Shown here: in pieces, positions 17,541 through 27,125 of the stretch | Layout of the letters: every line of letters starts with the position of its first letter | Position numbering within the stretch: the first letter of the stretch is position 1 | Assembly: GCA_027069385.1 (NCBI GenBank) | Contig: JALXER010000285.1 | Span: 1 to 44,080 of the forward strand | Source: Paracoccaceae bacterium | Lineage (GTDB): Bacteria; Pseudomonadota; Alphaproteobacteria; Rhodobacterales; Rhodobacteraceae | Reading direction: 5' to 3' | Length of the DNA: 44,080 nt | Made by a program: the position numbers and the translations under genes | Notes under the pieces: model-generated | Seen by the model: the letters and a program-made list of their open reading frames with translations, nothing else | Databases searched by the model: none | What the model was told of the DNA's origin: nothing

Positions 17541-20500
17541 TGGTCGGCATGGTTGACTGGGCCATTGGCCGCGCGCGGATGATTCTGGCGTTCATCCTGA
17601 TGTCGCTGATTGCCGGGGGCTATGCCTATACCACCCTGCCCAAAGAGGGCGCGCCGGATATCGAGATTCCGATCCTGTTCGTTTCGGTGATCTATCCGGG
17701 CATTTCAGCCGAGGATTCCGAACGCCTGCTGGTCAAACCGTTGGAAAACAAGCTGTCCGACGTCACCGGCGTTGAAAAAATGTCGGCCACCGCCGCCGAG
17801 GGCTATGGCGGCGTGTTTCTGGAATTCGGCTTTGACTGGGACCGCGAATCGGCCATTGCCGACGTGCGCGACAAGGTCAGTCAGGCGCAAAACGACATGC
17901 CCGACGGGGTGGCCTCGGTCACCATCAACGAGGTCAACTTTTCCGAATTTCCGGTGATTATTCTGGCCCTGTCCGGCTCGGTGCCCGAACGCACTCTGTT
18001 GCAGGCCGCCAAAGACTTGCAAGGCACCATAGAAGGCCTGTCCGAAGTGCTGGAAGTCGGCATTGCCGGCCAGCGGGACGAGATGCTCGAAGTGATCATC
18101 GACCCGCTCAAGCTGGAGGCCTATAACGTCACCGCCGGTGAATTGATCAACGTGGTCAACAATAACAACCGGCTGATTGCGGCGGGCGAGGTAGAGGTCG
18201 GCTCGGGCGCCTATGCCATTAAAATTCCGTCGGCTTTCAACGACCCGCAAGACGTCTATAATCTGCCCATCAAGACCAATGGCGACCGGGTGATCACCCT
18301 TGGCGACATCGCCGATATCCGCCTGACCTTCGAGGACCGGCGCGGCACCGCCCGTTTTAACGGCGAAGACACGGTGGCCCTGCAGGTGGTCAAACGCAAA
18401 GGCGCCAATCTGATCGATACGGTGGCGCTGGTGCGCCAAACGGTGGCCGAACACATCGCCGACTGGCCGCTGGAACTGCAACAGGCGGTACAGGTGAACT
18501 TCAGCCTCGATACCTCGTCGGAGGTGCAGAATATGGTCGACCAGTTGCTGGCCTCGGTGTTGACCGCAATTGCGCTGGTGATGATTGTGGTGCTTGGCTC
18601 GCTGGGGATCCGCTCTAGCCTGCTGGTCGGATTCGCGATCCCTACCTCGTTCCTGCTGACCTTTGCCATTCTGGCAATACTGGATATCTCTATCTCCAAT
18701 ATCGTGATGTTCGGGCTGATTCTGGCGGTGGGGATGCTGGTGGACGGCGCGATTATCGTGGTCGAATACGCGGATACCAAGGTTGCCGAAGGCATCGGCC
18801 CGATGCGCGCCTACGGCATGGCAGCCAAGCGGATGTTCTGGCCGATCATTTCGTCAACCGGCACCACGCTTTGCGCCTTTTTGCCGTTCCTGTTCTGGCC
18901 CGGCGTGGCGGGGCAGTTCATGGCGCATTTGCCGGTCACCATTATTATTGTGCTGACAGCGTCGTTACTGGTCGCACTGATCTATCTGCCGGTGGTCGGG
19001 GGGGTAACGGGGCGGATCTCGCACTGGATGGAGCGGCTGTCATTGACCATCCACGCCAAAATGGGGTTCCTGAAACGGCTGGCAATTACCCTTGCTCTGG
19101 GCGCGGTAACATTTTTTTCGGTCATGTATGCGCTGGCAACCTCGGTGGCGGCGGGTGGCCTGGCATTTGCCATTTCGGCGCTGTTTTTGTCGGTCTTTGC
19201 CGCCAGTCTGAAACCCAAAAAACGTGAAAAGGTCGCAAAGGCCGGCTATCGGCGTACCGGTTTTGGCCGCATCATCCACCTGATCGCCGGCAATCCGGTG
19301 ATGCCGGTCCTGACCCTGCTGGCGGTTGGCCTGTTCGTTACCTTTGTGGTGGTCAAGTTCCAGCAAAACAATAACGGATTCGAGTTCTTTGTCGAAACCG
19401 AACCCGAACGCGCCGTGGCCTATGTGCGGGCCCGCGGGAACCTGTCGCTGGAAGAAAAGGACCGGCTGGTTCGTCAGGCCGAAGAGGCCATTCGCGGGGT
19501 TGACGGGGTGGATTATGTGTTTGCCTTTGCCGGTTCGGGCGGGCTGAACACCAATAACGGCGGGGCGATCAAACCCAAGGATACCATTGGCGAGATCCAG
19601 ATTGAATTGGGCGAATGGGGCACTCACGCACCGGGCAAGGAGATTATCGCCGAACTAAACGCCCGCCTGACCGCCCTGCCCGGCATTCAGGCCCAGATTG
19701 TCGAGCAATCCAAAGGCCCGGCCAACGGGGCCGATGTGTTCTTGCGACTCAAAAGTTCGTCATGGGAAGACCTGCTAAGCGCAACGCAAACCGTGCGCAC
19801 CTATATGGACGGGCTGGAAGGGCTGGTTGACCAGGAAGACACCCGCCCCCTGCCCGGCATTGACTGGCAACTGGATGTGGATGTGGAACAGGCGGGTCGG
19901 TTTGGCACCAATGTGGCCTCTATCGGGGGCATGGTGCAACTGGTTACCCGCGGGCTGACCCTTGGCACCATGCGCACCGAAACCTCGGATGACGAGATCG
20001 ATATCCGCGTGCGTTTTCCCGAAAAAGACCGGCTACTGTCGACCCTCGATACCCTGCGGGTGCGCACGCCCCAGGCGCTGGTGCCGCTGTCGAATTTCGT
20101 ATCGCGCAGTCCGGTGCCCAAGCTGGGGCAGATCAACCGGATCAATCAGGAACGCTATTTCAATGTGACCGCCAATACGGCCGAGGGATTTAACGCCAAC
20201 GAACGGATCGGGGTGATAACCGAGTGGTTGGAAAACGACGCGGTGCTGCCCGCTTCGGTCGAATGGGAATTTACCGGTGATTCTGAAGAACAGGCCGAAA
20301 CCATGGCGTTTCTGGGGGCTGCGTTCATCGCGGCGCTCGGGTTGATGTTCGTGATCCTGCTGGCGCAGTTCAACTCGTTCTACAACTCGATTCTGGTGCT
20401 GGTTGCGGTGGTCCTGTCGACCACGGGTGTGCTGATCGGGATGCTGGTGTTCAACCAGCCGTTCAGCTTTATCATGACCGGCACCGGCGTGGTGGCGCTG

Positions 20501-20962
20501 GCCGGTATTGTGGTGAACAACAATATCGTGTTGATCGATACCTATCAGGAATTCTCGCAATACCTACCGCGAATCGAGGCCATTACCCGTACCGCCGAAG
20601 CCCGTATTCGGCCGGTACTGCTGACCACCATCACCACCATGGCCGGCCTGACCCCGATGATGATCGGCCTGTCGCTCGACTTTATCAACGGCGGCTATAC
20701 CATCGATGCCCCCACCGCGCTGTGGTGGAAACAACTGGCGACCGCGGTTGTGTTCGGTCTGGGCCTGGCCACGGTGCTGACTCTGGTCGTAACACCGGCG
20801 CTGCTGTCCATTCCGATCTGGGTATCCAAAGGATCCTATGGCAGTATCAGCCGCATTCGCAGCCTTTATGGCGGACGAAACAGCGCCGCACGCCGCGACC
20901 GGAAACTGAAAAAACACGCCCGCAAAACCAAAGCGCAAGATATCATCTGGGACGAAAGCTGA
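17540..20962 (+). CDS. Efflux RND transporter permease (AcrB/AcrD/AcrF family)
   Basis: 1140 aa with a 12-TM AcrB-like layout (..MILAFILMSLIAGG.., ..GLILAVGMLVDGAIIVVE.., ..GIVVNNNIVLID..). No outer-membrane factor gene is adjacent. Confidence 0.9.
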   Translation: MVGMVDWAIGRARMILAFILMSLIAGGYAYTTLPKEGAPDIEIPILFVSVIYPGISAEDSERLLVKPLENKLSDVTGVEKMSATAAEGYGGVFLEFGFDWDRESAIADVRDKVSQAQNDMPDGVASVTINEVNFSEFPVIILALSGSVPERTLLQAAKDLQGTIEGLSEVLEVGIAGQRDEMLEVIIDPLKLEAYNVTAGELINVVNNNNRLIAAGEVEVGSGAYAIKIPSAFNDPQDVYNLPIKTNGDRVITLGDIADIRLTFEDRRGTARFNGEDTVALQVVKRKGANLIDTVALVRQTVAEHIADWPLELQQAVQVNFSLDTSSEVQNMVDQLLASVLTAIALVMIVVLGSLGIRSSLLVGFAIPTSFLLTFAILAILDISISNIVMFGLILAVGMLVDGAIIVVEYADTKVAEGIGPMRAYGMAAKRMFWPIISSTGTTLCAFLPFLFWPGVAGQFMAHLPVTIIIVLTASLLVALIYLPVVGGVTGRISHWMERLSLTIHAKMGFLKRLAITLALGAVTFFSVMYALATSVAAGGLAFAISALFLSVFAASLKPKKREKVAKAGYRRTGFGRIIHLIAGNPVMPVLTLLAVGLFVTFVVVKFQQNNNGFEFFVETEPERAVAYVRARGNLSLEEKDRLVRQAEEAIRGVDGVDYVFAFAGSGGLNTNNGGAIKPKDTIGEIQIELGEWGTHAPGKEIIAELNARLTALPGIQAQIVEQSKGPANGADVFLRLKSSSWEDLLSATQTVRTYMDGLEGLVDQEDTRPLPGIDWQLDVDVEQAGRFGTNVASIGGMVQLVTRGLTLGTMRTETSDDEIDIRVRFPEKDRLLSTLDTLRVRTPQALVPLSNFVSRSPVPKLGQINRINQERYFNVTANTAEGFNANERIGVITEWLENDAVLPASVEWEFTGDSEEQAETMAFLGAAFIAALGLMFVILLAQFNSFYNSILVLVAVVLSTTGVLIGMLVFNQPFSFIMTGTGVVALAGIVVNNNIVLIDTYQEFSQYLPRIEAITRTAEARIRPVLLTTITTMAGLTPMMIGLSLDFINGGYTIDAPTALWWKQLATAVVFGLGLATVLTLVVTPALLSIPIWVSKGSYGSISRIRSLYGGRNSAARRDRKLKKHARKTKAQDIIWDES

Positions 20963-20968
20963 CCCCGT

Positions 20969-21309
20969 AGCGCTCCCGCACTCCAGTCGCGTTTGCTTGC
21001 GCAAACACGACTTCCGTTTGGGCCGGGCCGACCTGCGGTCGGTAGGGGGGCGTTCCGCCCCCTCGCGACATGCGTCGCTCCCCCCTGAGAGTATTTATGA
21101 AAATTGGAAGTCTCATCTTCTTCTTTTCCTAAATATCCCGAGGAGGGGTGAATGGCGCTTGCGCCAGAGGGGGCTGGCCCCCTGCTTGTGCCGCGCACAA
21201 GCTCTGCCGATAAGGGGGGCCGCTTGCGGCTCCCCGCAGAGGCAGACGCCCCGGCCCAACGGGAGGAGGCGTATTGCGTAAGCAATGCGCCGACGACGGG
21301 CGGGAGAGG
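20969..21309 (-). repeat. Hairpin-rich mosaic intergenic element (MITE-like), copy B, inverted relative to copy A
   Basis: 341 bp filling the gap between the convergent RND stop (20962) and cysE stop (21317). Its reverse complement shares CTCCCGCCCGTCGTCGGCGCATTGC..., a ~60-bp near-identical core (TTTCATAA.TACTCTCAGGGGGGAGCGACG.ATGTCGCGAGGGGGCGGAACGCCCCCCT) and the end ...GTGCGGGAGCGCT with copy A. Confidence 0.6.
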
Positions 21310-21316
21310 CCCGGTT

Positions 21317-22120
21317 TCAGTGGGACAGGGTTTGGTCCATTTCGTTGGACGGTTGATCGCAGCCTGCTTCGCCAACAATCTTGGCGGGAACGCCAGCCAC
21401 GGTTTTATTGGGTGGCACCGCGGCCAGAACCACCGAACCGGCGGCGACGCGGCTGCAATGGCCGATCGAAATATTCCCCAGCACCTTGGCTCCGGCGCCC
21501 AGCAGTACCCCGTCTCCGATTTTCGGATGTCGGTCGCCACCTTCCTTGCCGGTACCGCCCAGCGTCACCGAGTGCAGCATCGACACATTATCCCCGACCA
21601 CCGCCGTTTCACCGATAACAATCGCATGCGCGTGGTCAATCATCAGCCCTTTACCCACGGTTGCGCCGGGGTGGATATCCACGCCGAATACCTCGGAGGC
21701 ACGGGTCTGCATGAACTGGGCAATGTCCTTGCGGTCATTCCTCCACAACCAGTGGGTCACCCGATAAGCCTGCACCGCAAGGTAGCCCTTGAAATAAAGC
21801 AGCGGCTCGATATGGCGATGGCAGGCCGGATCCCGATCCAGCACCGCCACGATATCGGCCCTTGCGGCGCGCCCCAGATCCGGGTCAGCGGCAAAAGCCT
21901 CGCAGCAAATCTCGTTCAGCACCGACTCGGTCATATCCCCCGAGGCCAGTTTCTGCGCGATTCGATAGCCCAGCGAGGTTTCGAGCGATTTGTGATGCAG
22001 AATACCGCCATAGATCAACCCCGCCATCGACGGTTCGTTGCGGATAATCTCGTTACCCTGCGTACGGATCGCTGCCCAAACCGGATCGATGGTCGAAATT
22101 TGTGCCCTTATCTGGGTCAT
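21317..22120 (-). CDS. cysE: Serine O-acetyltransferase
   Basis: 267 aa with an N-terminal SATase helical domain and a left-handed beta-helix hexapeptide region ([44 protein letters not shown]). Confidence 0.92.
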   Translation of the reverse strand: [267 protein letters not shown]

Positions 22121-22144
22121 GGCTCACTCCAATGCCGTTTTTGC

Positions 22145-22172
22145 TTGGCAATTGAAGTAAAGATCATAGAAT
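22145..22172 (+). promoter_or_regulatory. Candidate sigma-70-type promoter TTGGCA-N16-TAGAAT for the TraR/DksA gene
   Basis: Hexamers read directly; the -10 element ends 36 nt before the TTG start at 22208. Motif match only. Confidence 0.35.
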
Positions 22173-22207
22173 TGAGCCTGGATTACAAGCATTAAGCGGA
22201 TAAAACT

Positions 22208-22546
22208 TTGGATCAGGCTACAATTAACCGTTATCGGGACCGGCTGCACCAGCGCTTACAGGCGCTGGACCGCGACGATGCGCTCAACGCCGATTCCCGC
22301 AAGACCGTAACGCTGGACCAGCAATCGGTCGGGCGCTTGTCGCGCATGGATGCGATGCAGCAGCAGGCCATGGCCCATGCGACCAAGGCCCGACGCGATG
22401 CCGAGCGTACCCGCATCGCCCATGCGCTCTCGCTGATCGACGCAGGCGATTACGGCTATTGCATCGGCTGCGGCGACGAAATTCCGCCCGAACGCCTGGA
22501 ACTGGCCCCGCTGGCGGTGCGTTGCATCAGGTGTTCGGGCGCATAG
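22208..22546 (+). CDS. TraR/DksA family C4-type zinc-finger protein
   Basis: 112 aa. C-terminal CIGCGDEIPPERLELAPLAVRCIRC is the DksA/TraR four-Cys finger, preceded by a coiled-coil-like region. TTG start; there is no in-frame ATG near the 5' end. Confidence 0.8.
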   Translation: MDQATINRYRDRLHQRLQALDRDDALNADSRKTVTLDQQSVGRLSRMDAMQQQAMAHATKARRDAERTRIAHALSLIDAGDYGYCIGCGDEIPPERLELAPLAVRCIRCSGA

Positions 22547-22555
22547 CACCACCGG

Positions 22556-23269
22556 TTATACCGCGTAAGGTTCCGATATTTCGACGTAATGCACGCATAA
22601 CCGCACCGTTCCCGCGCCGAAACTTCCCGCATCGGCGCTTAGCAAAAGCGGCGTGGCGGCGTAATAGGTTTGCGGCTGGCCCGACCGGCCCTTGGCATAG
22701 GAATTCAGCCCCAGACCCAGCCCCGAGCCATAGCGGTTCACCGCCCCCGCAACCCCCAGCGACCAGCTGCCGATTCCGGTGCCGGTAATGGCGCTGATCA
22801 CCCGCCCGGTTACCCCGACAACCTGCGCGTTGGCCGGAATGATATTGATGGTGGTAGAGGTCGCCCCCGCCCCGATAACGTGGTCGATCTCGGCAATACG
22901 CCAGCGCGTAACCGCCCCGCCCGCCGAAATGCTGACCGCGTCGCTGCGCCAGTCGGTGCCGTCATGGACAATCGGCACGCCCGCGCTTTCGTCCCAGCCG
23001 CGCCAGCCGGCTTTGGGCACCATAAACACCCAGCCCCCGTTGGCATATACCGCGACCGAGCCGTCATGGCCGCTCCAGTCATCCACGCCGCCCACGCCCA
23101 CACCATAGGCCGCACCGTCCACAGCGGCGGGCGGCACCGTTACATTGCGCGCCACCAGCCGCAACTGCACAGCCGCATCCGCGCGGGCCAGTGCCTCGTT
23201 AATCGTCACATGTTTTTGCGCCTGCGCCGCGTCGATCAACGGCATCTGGAAATTATAGGTGTCAGTCAT
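22556..23269 (-). CDS. DUF2793-type protein, candidate GTA tail-fibre or receptor-binding accessory
   Basis: ATG 23269 lies 2 nt after the g15 stop (23262-23264). The N-terminus MTDTYNFQMPLIDAAQAQKHVTINEALARADAAVQL matches my memory of the DUF2793 signature (..AQAQKHVTHNEAL..). The ORF extends to 23323. Confidence 0.7.
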   Translation of the reverse strand: MTDTYNFQMPLIDAAQAQKHVTINEALARADAAVQLRLVARNVTVPPAAVDGAAYGVGVGGVDDWSGHDGSVAVYANGGWVFMVPKAGWRGWDESAGVPIVHDGTDWRSDAVSISAGGAVTRWRIAEIDHVIGAGATSTTINIIPANAQVVGVTGRVISAITGTGIGSWSLGVAGAVNRYGSGLGLGLNSYAKGRSGQPQTYYAATPLLLSADAGSFGAGTVRLCVHYVEISEPYAV

Positions 23270-26200
23270 TGATTGTGATCCTTGTATAAGGCCCCGGTCC
23301 GAAACTGGCCGAGATTTGTGCAACTTCGATATGATAGGGCTTGGTCACCCCGTCAGCCGTCTGCTTGCTGTTGGTATAGAACCAGACCGGCGATCCCTTG
23401 GTTTTTTCGCGCAGCTGAACCCCGTCCTTGATCACGCGGATATGGTAGGATTCGCTTTCCTCGCCCAGCGGCACATCCAGACCGGCCCAACTGTCACCGT
23501 CAATTCGCGTGCGCCGGATCCAGGTGTATTTGTTGCCGTCTTTCTTCAGGTGGGCTATGGGATAGGGCCGCAACCCCACTCCGGCAAAGCTGGTTTCCAG
23601 ATGCATATAGCGCGGGCTGTCATAGGAAAGTGACGCCGGCCCGATCCGGTAATGGCGCAGCATATCGCGCTGGCTGCTTTGCAGGTCCAGTTGCACCTGC
23701 GCCCCGTCCAGCACCACCAGATCGGTGCCCGCAGGCCAAAGATCGGGCATAATCCCGTCCGTGCCGGCCTGCCCGCGCAGCAGATTGGACAGGCGGTATT
23801 CGTTCGGCCCGATCAGGGTGGCATCGCGAAACTGCATGACCTCCCAGTCGCCCGACCCGTTGCGCACCGCCATCAGGTTTGCCCCGTTCAGCACGTCGAG
23901 CGTGCTTTTGGATTGCAATGTGCCGCTAACCAGCCGCACCCGAACGCTTGCGCGGCTCCATCGGGCCGGATCGGCGCGGGGCAGATCATCCAGAAACACC
24001 CCCATTGTGGCGCGGTTGGGCACCGTATCCAGCAGGTTATAGCCCGCATCGGTGTTGGCATCATATACCGCCACCTCGCCGGGCCATGGCGTTGCTGTCA
24101 CGGCCATATGCGGCGCATGGGGCACCTCGTCACCGCGCAGCAAGGGCAGGTCCATGAACTCGGCATAAACCGGCCCCGATGCGGTGATCCCGCCGTATTC
24201 ATAGTGCCGGTCCTCGGCCAGTTCGGGGCGATAAACCCCCGCTTCGACACGCGTCGCTGTGATTTTGCGCAGGCCGGTATCTTCAACCTTGTCAATACGA
24301 TACGAGGTCAGTACCTCGCCCTCGGCCATCTCTACCACATCGCCGGCGCCCAGCATCATCCGGCTGGGCGGCAGGGAAAACTCTAGACTGTCGCGCGCAA
24401 CCCGCGCCTCGGCCAGCCAGCGCGCCGCCACCGCATGCGCCTGCCCCGAAGTCAGGGCAAGCGGCAGGGCCGAGGTGGTAATCTTGGGCTGGGTCTCGTC
24501 CGGATATCCCGCCTCCGAAGCCCCGCTTTGATAGTCGTTATCGGCCTGATAATAGCCGATACGCACCCGCGCCGAGACCTCGGCATCGGGGTTGCGGGTC
24601 AGGCTAAGGGCGGGGTCTTCACCCTCGACCGCCAGATCATCGGGGCCAAGGCGCACCTGCGCCACCCCGTCGCGCGTGCTGAACACCAGCTGGCCGTTGC
24701 GCTCGTGACATTCCACCCCATAGGCCAGAATCAAGGGCTGCAACGCGGCGCGCGCGGTTTCATTCGAATCGAAAACCGCGCCGTCAACCATGGCGTAAAG
24801 ATCGGTGGTATCGACATCGTAAACCTTTGATCTTGCGCATATTTCGCGCACGACCTCGCCCAGCGCCGCCGCGCTCGCCCGCCCCGACAACCAATGCCCG
24901 CGCCGGTAATTGTCGCCGTCCGACCAGACCGACAACCGGTTGGGAAAATCGGGCCATGGCCGCGCATCCCAGGCCCAGACATGCGCCCGGGTCATATCCA
25001 CCATACGGCCCGCGTATTCGGGGCTTTCGGGGTTGTTGTCCGGGTCATTCCAGAACCGGTACATGGCGCGCAGATAGGCATTCTGGATCGCGTCATCCCG
25101 CCCGCCGGTCGAATGATACGGGTAAAAGGATTCCGAGCTTTTCGGGTCGATAAACACATTGGGCTGGTTGGTGCCCTTGTCCACCGCCGGACAGCCGATC
25201 TCGGTAAACCAAATCGGTTTGGAGCGCGGCAGCCATGGCGTATACGCCGCCTCGCGCACCCCGCCGATACGGTTGGCATGGCCGTGTTGCCACCAGTTCA
25301 GAATGTCCTTGTAGCGATAGACCCAAGGTTCCTCGTAAGCCCCGTCGGTGATCGGGCTACGCACCTGCAATTCGCGGGCTTCGGCATTGGCATAATACCA
25401 GTCGAACCCCTCGCCGCCGCGAATATTGCCGGTCAGATAGTCCAGATCATAAATCGACTTGGCCTTGTCCAGTTGCTCATCCGTATCGCGCCAGTCCGAC
25501 AGGGGCATATAGTTGTCGATACCGATAAAGTCGATGTTGTCATCGGCCCAAAGCGGATCCAGATGGAACAGCAGATCGCCCGAACCGTCATCGGGGTGAT
25601 AGCCGAAATACTCGGACCAGTCCGCCGCATAGCCGATTTTGGCATCGGGCAGGATGGTGCGCACATCCGCCGCCAGCGCCTGCAAGGCCGCCACGACCGG
25701 AAAGCTGTCCACCCCGTCGCGCAGGGTGGTCAGGCCGCGCAACTCCGATCCGATGCAAAACGATTCAACCCCGCCAGCCTTGGCGCACAGGTGGGCGTAA
25801 TGCAGGATAAAGCGGCGATAGGACCATTCAATCGGGCCGGTATAGGTAACGCCGTTGGCCGTATCGCTGAAATCGCCCACCGCAGCGCTGCCGAAAAACG
25901 CATCCACCTCGGTGCCCGCAGCAGCGGTCTTGTCCGGCGTCCCCGCCTGCCCCGGCGCCAGCGAAGCGGTCATGCGCCCGCGCCACGGAAACACCGGCTG
26001 TTCAGCGCCGCCATAAGGGTTGATCAGCCCGTTCCCCGCCGGAATATCCATCAGGATAAACGGATAAAACATTACCGCTTTGCCCATCGCCTTGATCTGC
26101 GCGATGGATTGCAGCACCGACTTGTCGCAAGGCGTGCCGCCAAAATTCGGCCGGTCCGCGTCATCGCGACTGACCAGCGCCGCACCGCCGCGCCCGACGC

Positions 26201-27125
26201 CGCTAACCTGCCATGGCATCGGGTCGCCATCGGTGTCGGCCTGTTCCACGCGCGGCGAAATCGTGCAGGTGTTGCAGCGCAGATCGTCGCCAAACCAGCT
26301 GACCACCAGCGACACCGATTCCACATGGGGCAGATCGCCGTCCAGTTGCTCCAGCGCCGCTTCGACATCGGTTAACCCGCTCAGATTGTTGGTATTTGCC
26401 GCGCGGTTCACCCCTTTGCCCTGCGGGTAATGCACCGGTTCGGTGGCCAGCGCATATTCGCCGGTGCCCGGGATCAGCGCCACCGCATTGACCAGATCGC
26501 GCGGTTGGTCGTCCGAGCCTGCCGCCGGGCGCACCACCTCGAAATTGAATTGCGGAATCCGGTTGCCAAACGGCGTCAGGTCCAGGTCCTCCAGCACCAC
26601 ATAGGCGGTGCCGCGATACGCCGGAGCAGCCCCCTCCAGCGCCTCGATCACCGGATCGGGCATTTGCGTTTCGCTGCCCTTGTGCAGGCGCATGGTGATG
26701 CCGCTCAGGTCCAGCCGCTTGCCATCGGCCCAGACGCGGCCAATACGCGCCACCTCGCCCTCGCACAGCGCCACCGCAATGCTGATCGAATAGCTATAGT
26801 TGCGCGCCTTGGGGCCACCCATCCCCTTGCCTCCGCTGGTGGCGACGTTTTCCTGAAACCGGCTGGACCAGATCACATGTCCGGCCACGCGCATCCGGCC
26901 ATAGACCTGCGCAACCGGCTTGCCCTCTCCCGAGCCCTGAATGCGCAGCGTGTCCACCTTGCCATGCTCGACCGGCTCCGAGCCGCCCAGCAGCGCATGG
27001 TCGATCACATTGCCGATCGTGCCGCCGATGGCGCGCCCGATAACCGCCGCCCCCAGCCCCAGCACCGAGCCACCAACCGAGGTGCCAATAGCCCCCCCGA
27101 TTGCCGATAGTAAGATCGTAGCCAT
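23262..27125 (-). CDS. g15: GTA g15: large baseplate / host-specificity multidomain protein (RcGTA 'megatron' homologue)
   Basis: 1287 aa with a Gly-rich membrane-like N-terminus (MATILLSAIGGAIGTSVGGSVLGLGAAVIG). Size and position at the end of the tail module match RcGTA g15. Its start abuts the g14 stop (TGAATG). Confidence 0.9.
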   Translation of the reverse strand: MATILLSAIGGAIGTSVGGSVLGLGAAVIGRAIGGTIGNVIDHALLGGSEPVEHGKVDTLRIQGSGEGKPVAQVYGRMRVAGHVIWSSRFQENVATSGGKGMGGPKARNYSYSISIAVALCEGEVARIGRVWADGKRLDLSGITMRLHKGSETQMPDPVIEALEGAAPAYRGTAYVVLEDLDLTPFGNRIPQFNFEVVRPAAGSDDQPRDLVNAVALIPGTGEYALATEPVHYPQGKGVNRAANTNNLSGLTDVEAALEQLDGDLPHVESVSLVVSWFGDDLRCNTCTISPRVEQADTDGDPMPWQVSGVGRGGAALVSRDDADRPNFGGTPCDKSVLQSIAQIKAMGKAVMFYPFILMDIPAGNGLINPYGGAEQPVFPWRGRMTASLAPGQAGTPDKTAAAGTEVDAFFGSAAVGDFSDTANGVTYTGPIEWSYRRFILHYAHLCAKAGGVESFCIGSELRGLTTLRDGVDSFPVVAALQALAADVRTILPDAKIGYAADWSEYFGYHPDDGSGDLLFHLDPLWADDNIDFIGIDNYMPLSDWRDTDEQLDKAKSIYDLDYLTGNIRGGEGFDWYYANAEARELQVRSPITDGAYEEPWVYRYKDILNWWQHGHANRIGGVREAAYTPWLPRSKPIWFTEIGCPAVDKGTNQPNVFIDPKSSESFYPYHSTGGRDDAIQNAYLRAMYRFWNDPDNNPESPEYAGRMVDMTRAHVWAWDARPWPDFPNRLSVWSDGDNYRRGHWLSGRASAAALGEVVREICARSKVYDVDTTDLYAMVDGAVFDSNETARAALQPLILAYGVECHERNGQLVFSTRDGVAQVRLGPDDLAVEGEDPALSLTRNPDAEVSARVRIGYYQADNDYQSGASEAGYPDETQPKITTSALPLALTSGQAHAVAARWLAEARVARDSLEFSLPPSRMMLGAGDVVEMAEGEVLTSYRIDKVEDTGLRKITATRVEAGVYRPELAEDRHYEYGGITASGPVYAEFMDLPLLRGDEVPHAPHMAVTATPWPGEVAVYDANTDAGYNLLDTVPNRATMGVFLDDLPRADPARWSRASVRVRLVSGTLQSKSTLDVLNGANLMAVRNGSGDWEVMQFRDATLIGPNEYRLSNLLRGQAGTDGIMPDLWPAGTDLVVLDGAQVQLDLQSSQRDMLRHYRIGPASLSYDSPRYMHLETSFAGVGLRPYPIAHLKKDGNKYTWIRRTRIDGDSWAGLDVPLGEESESYHIRVIKDGVQLREKTKGSPVWFYTNSKQTADGVTKPYHIEVAQISASFGPGPYTRITIND

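Noticed and set aside
17540-20962. RND permease length (1140 aa) and basic C-terminal tail as an anomaly
   Set aside because: The extra length looks like a loop and tail extension of an otherwise ordinary AcrB-like protein. I cannot judge it as unusual without family-wide length data.
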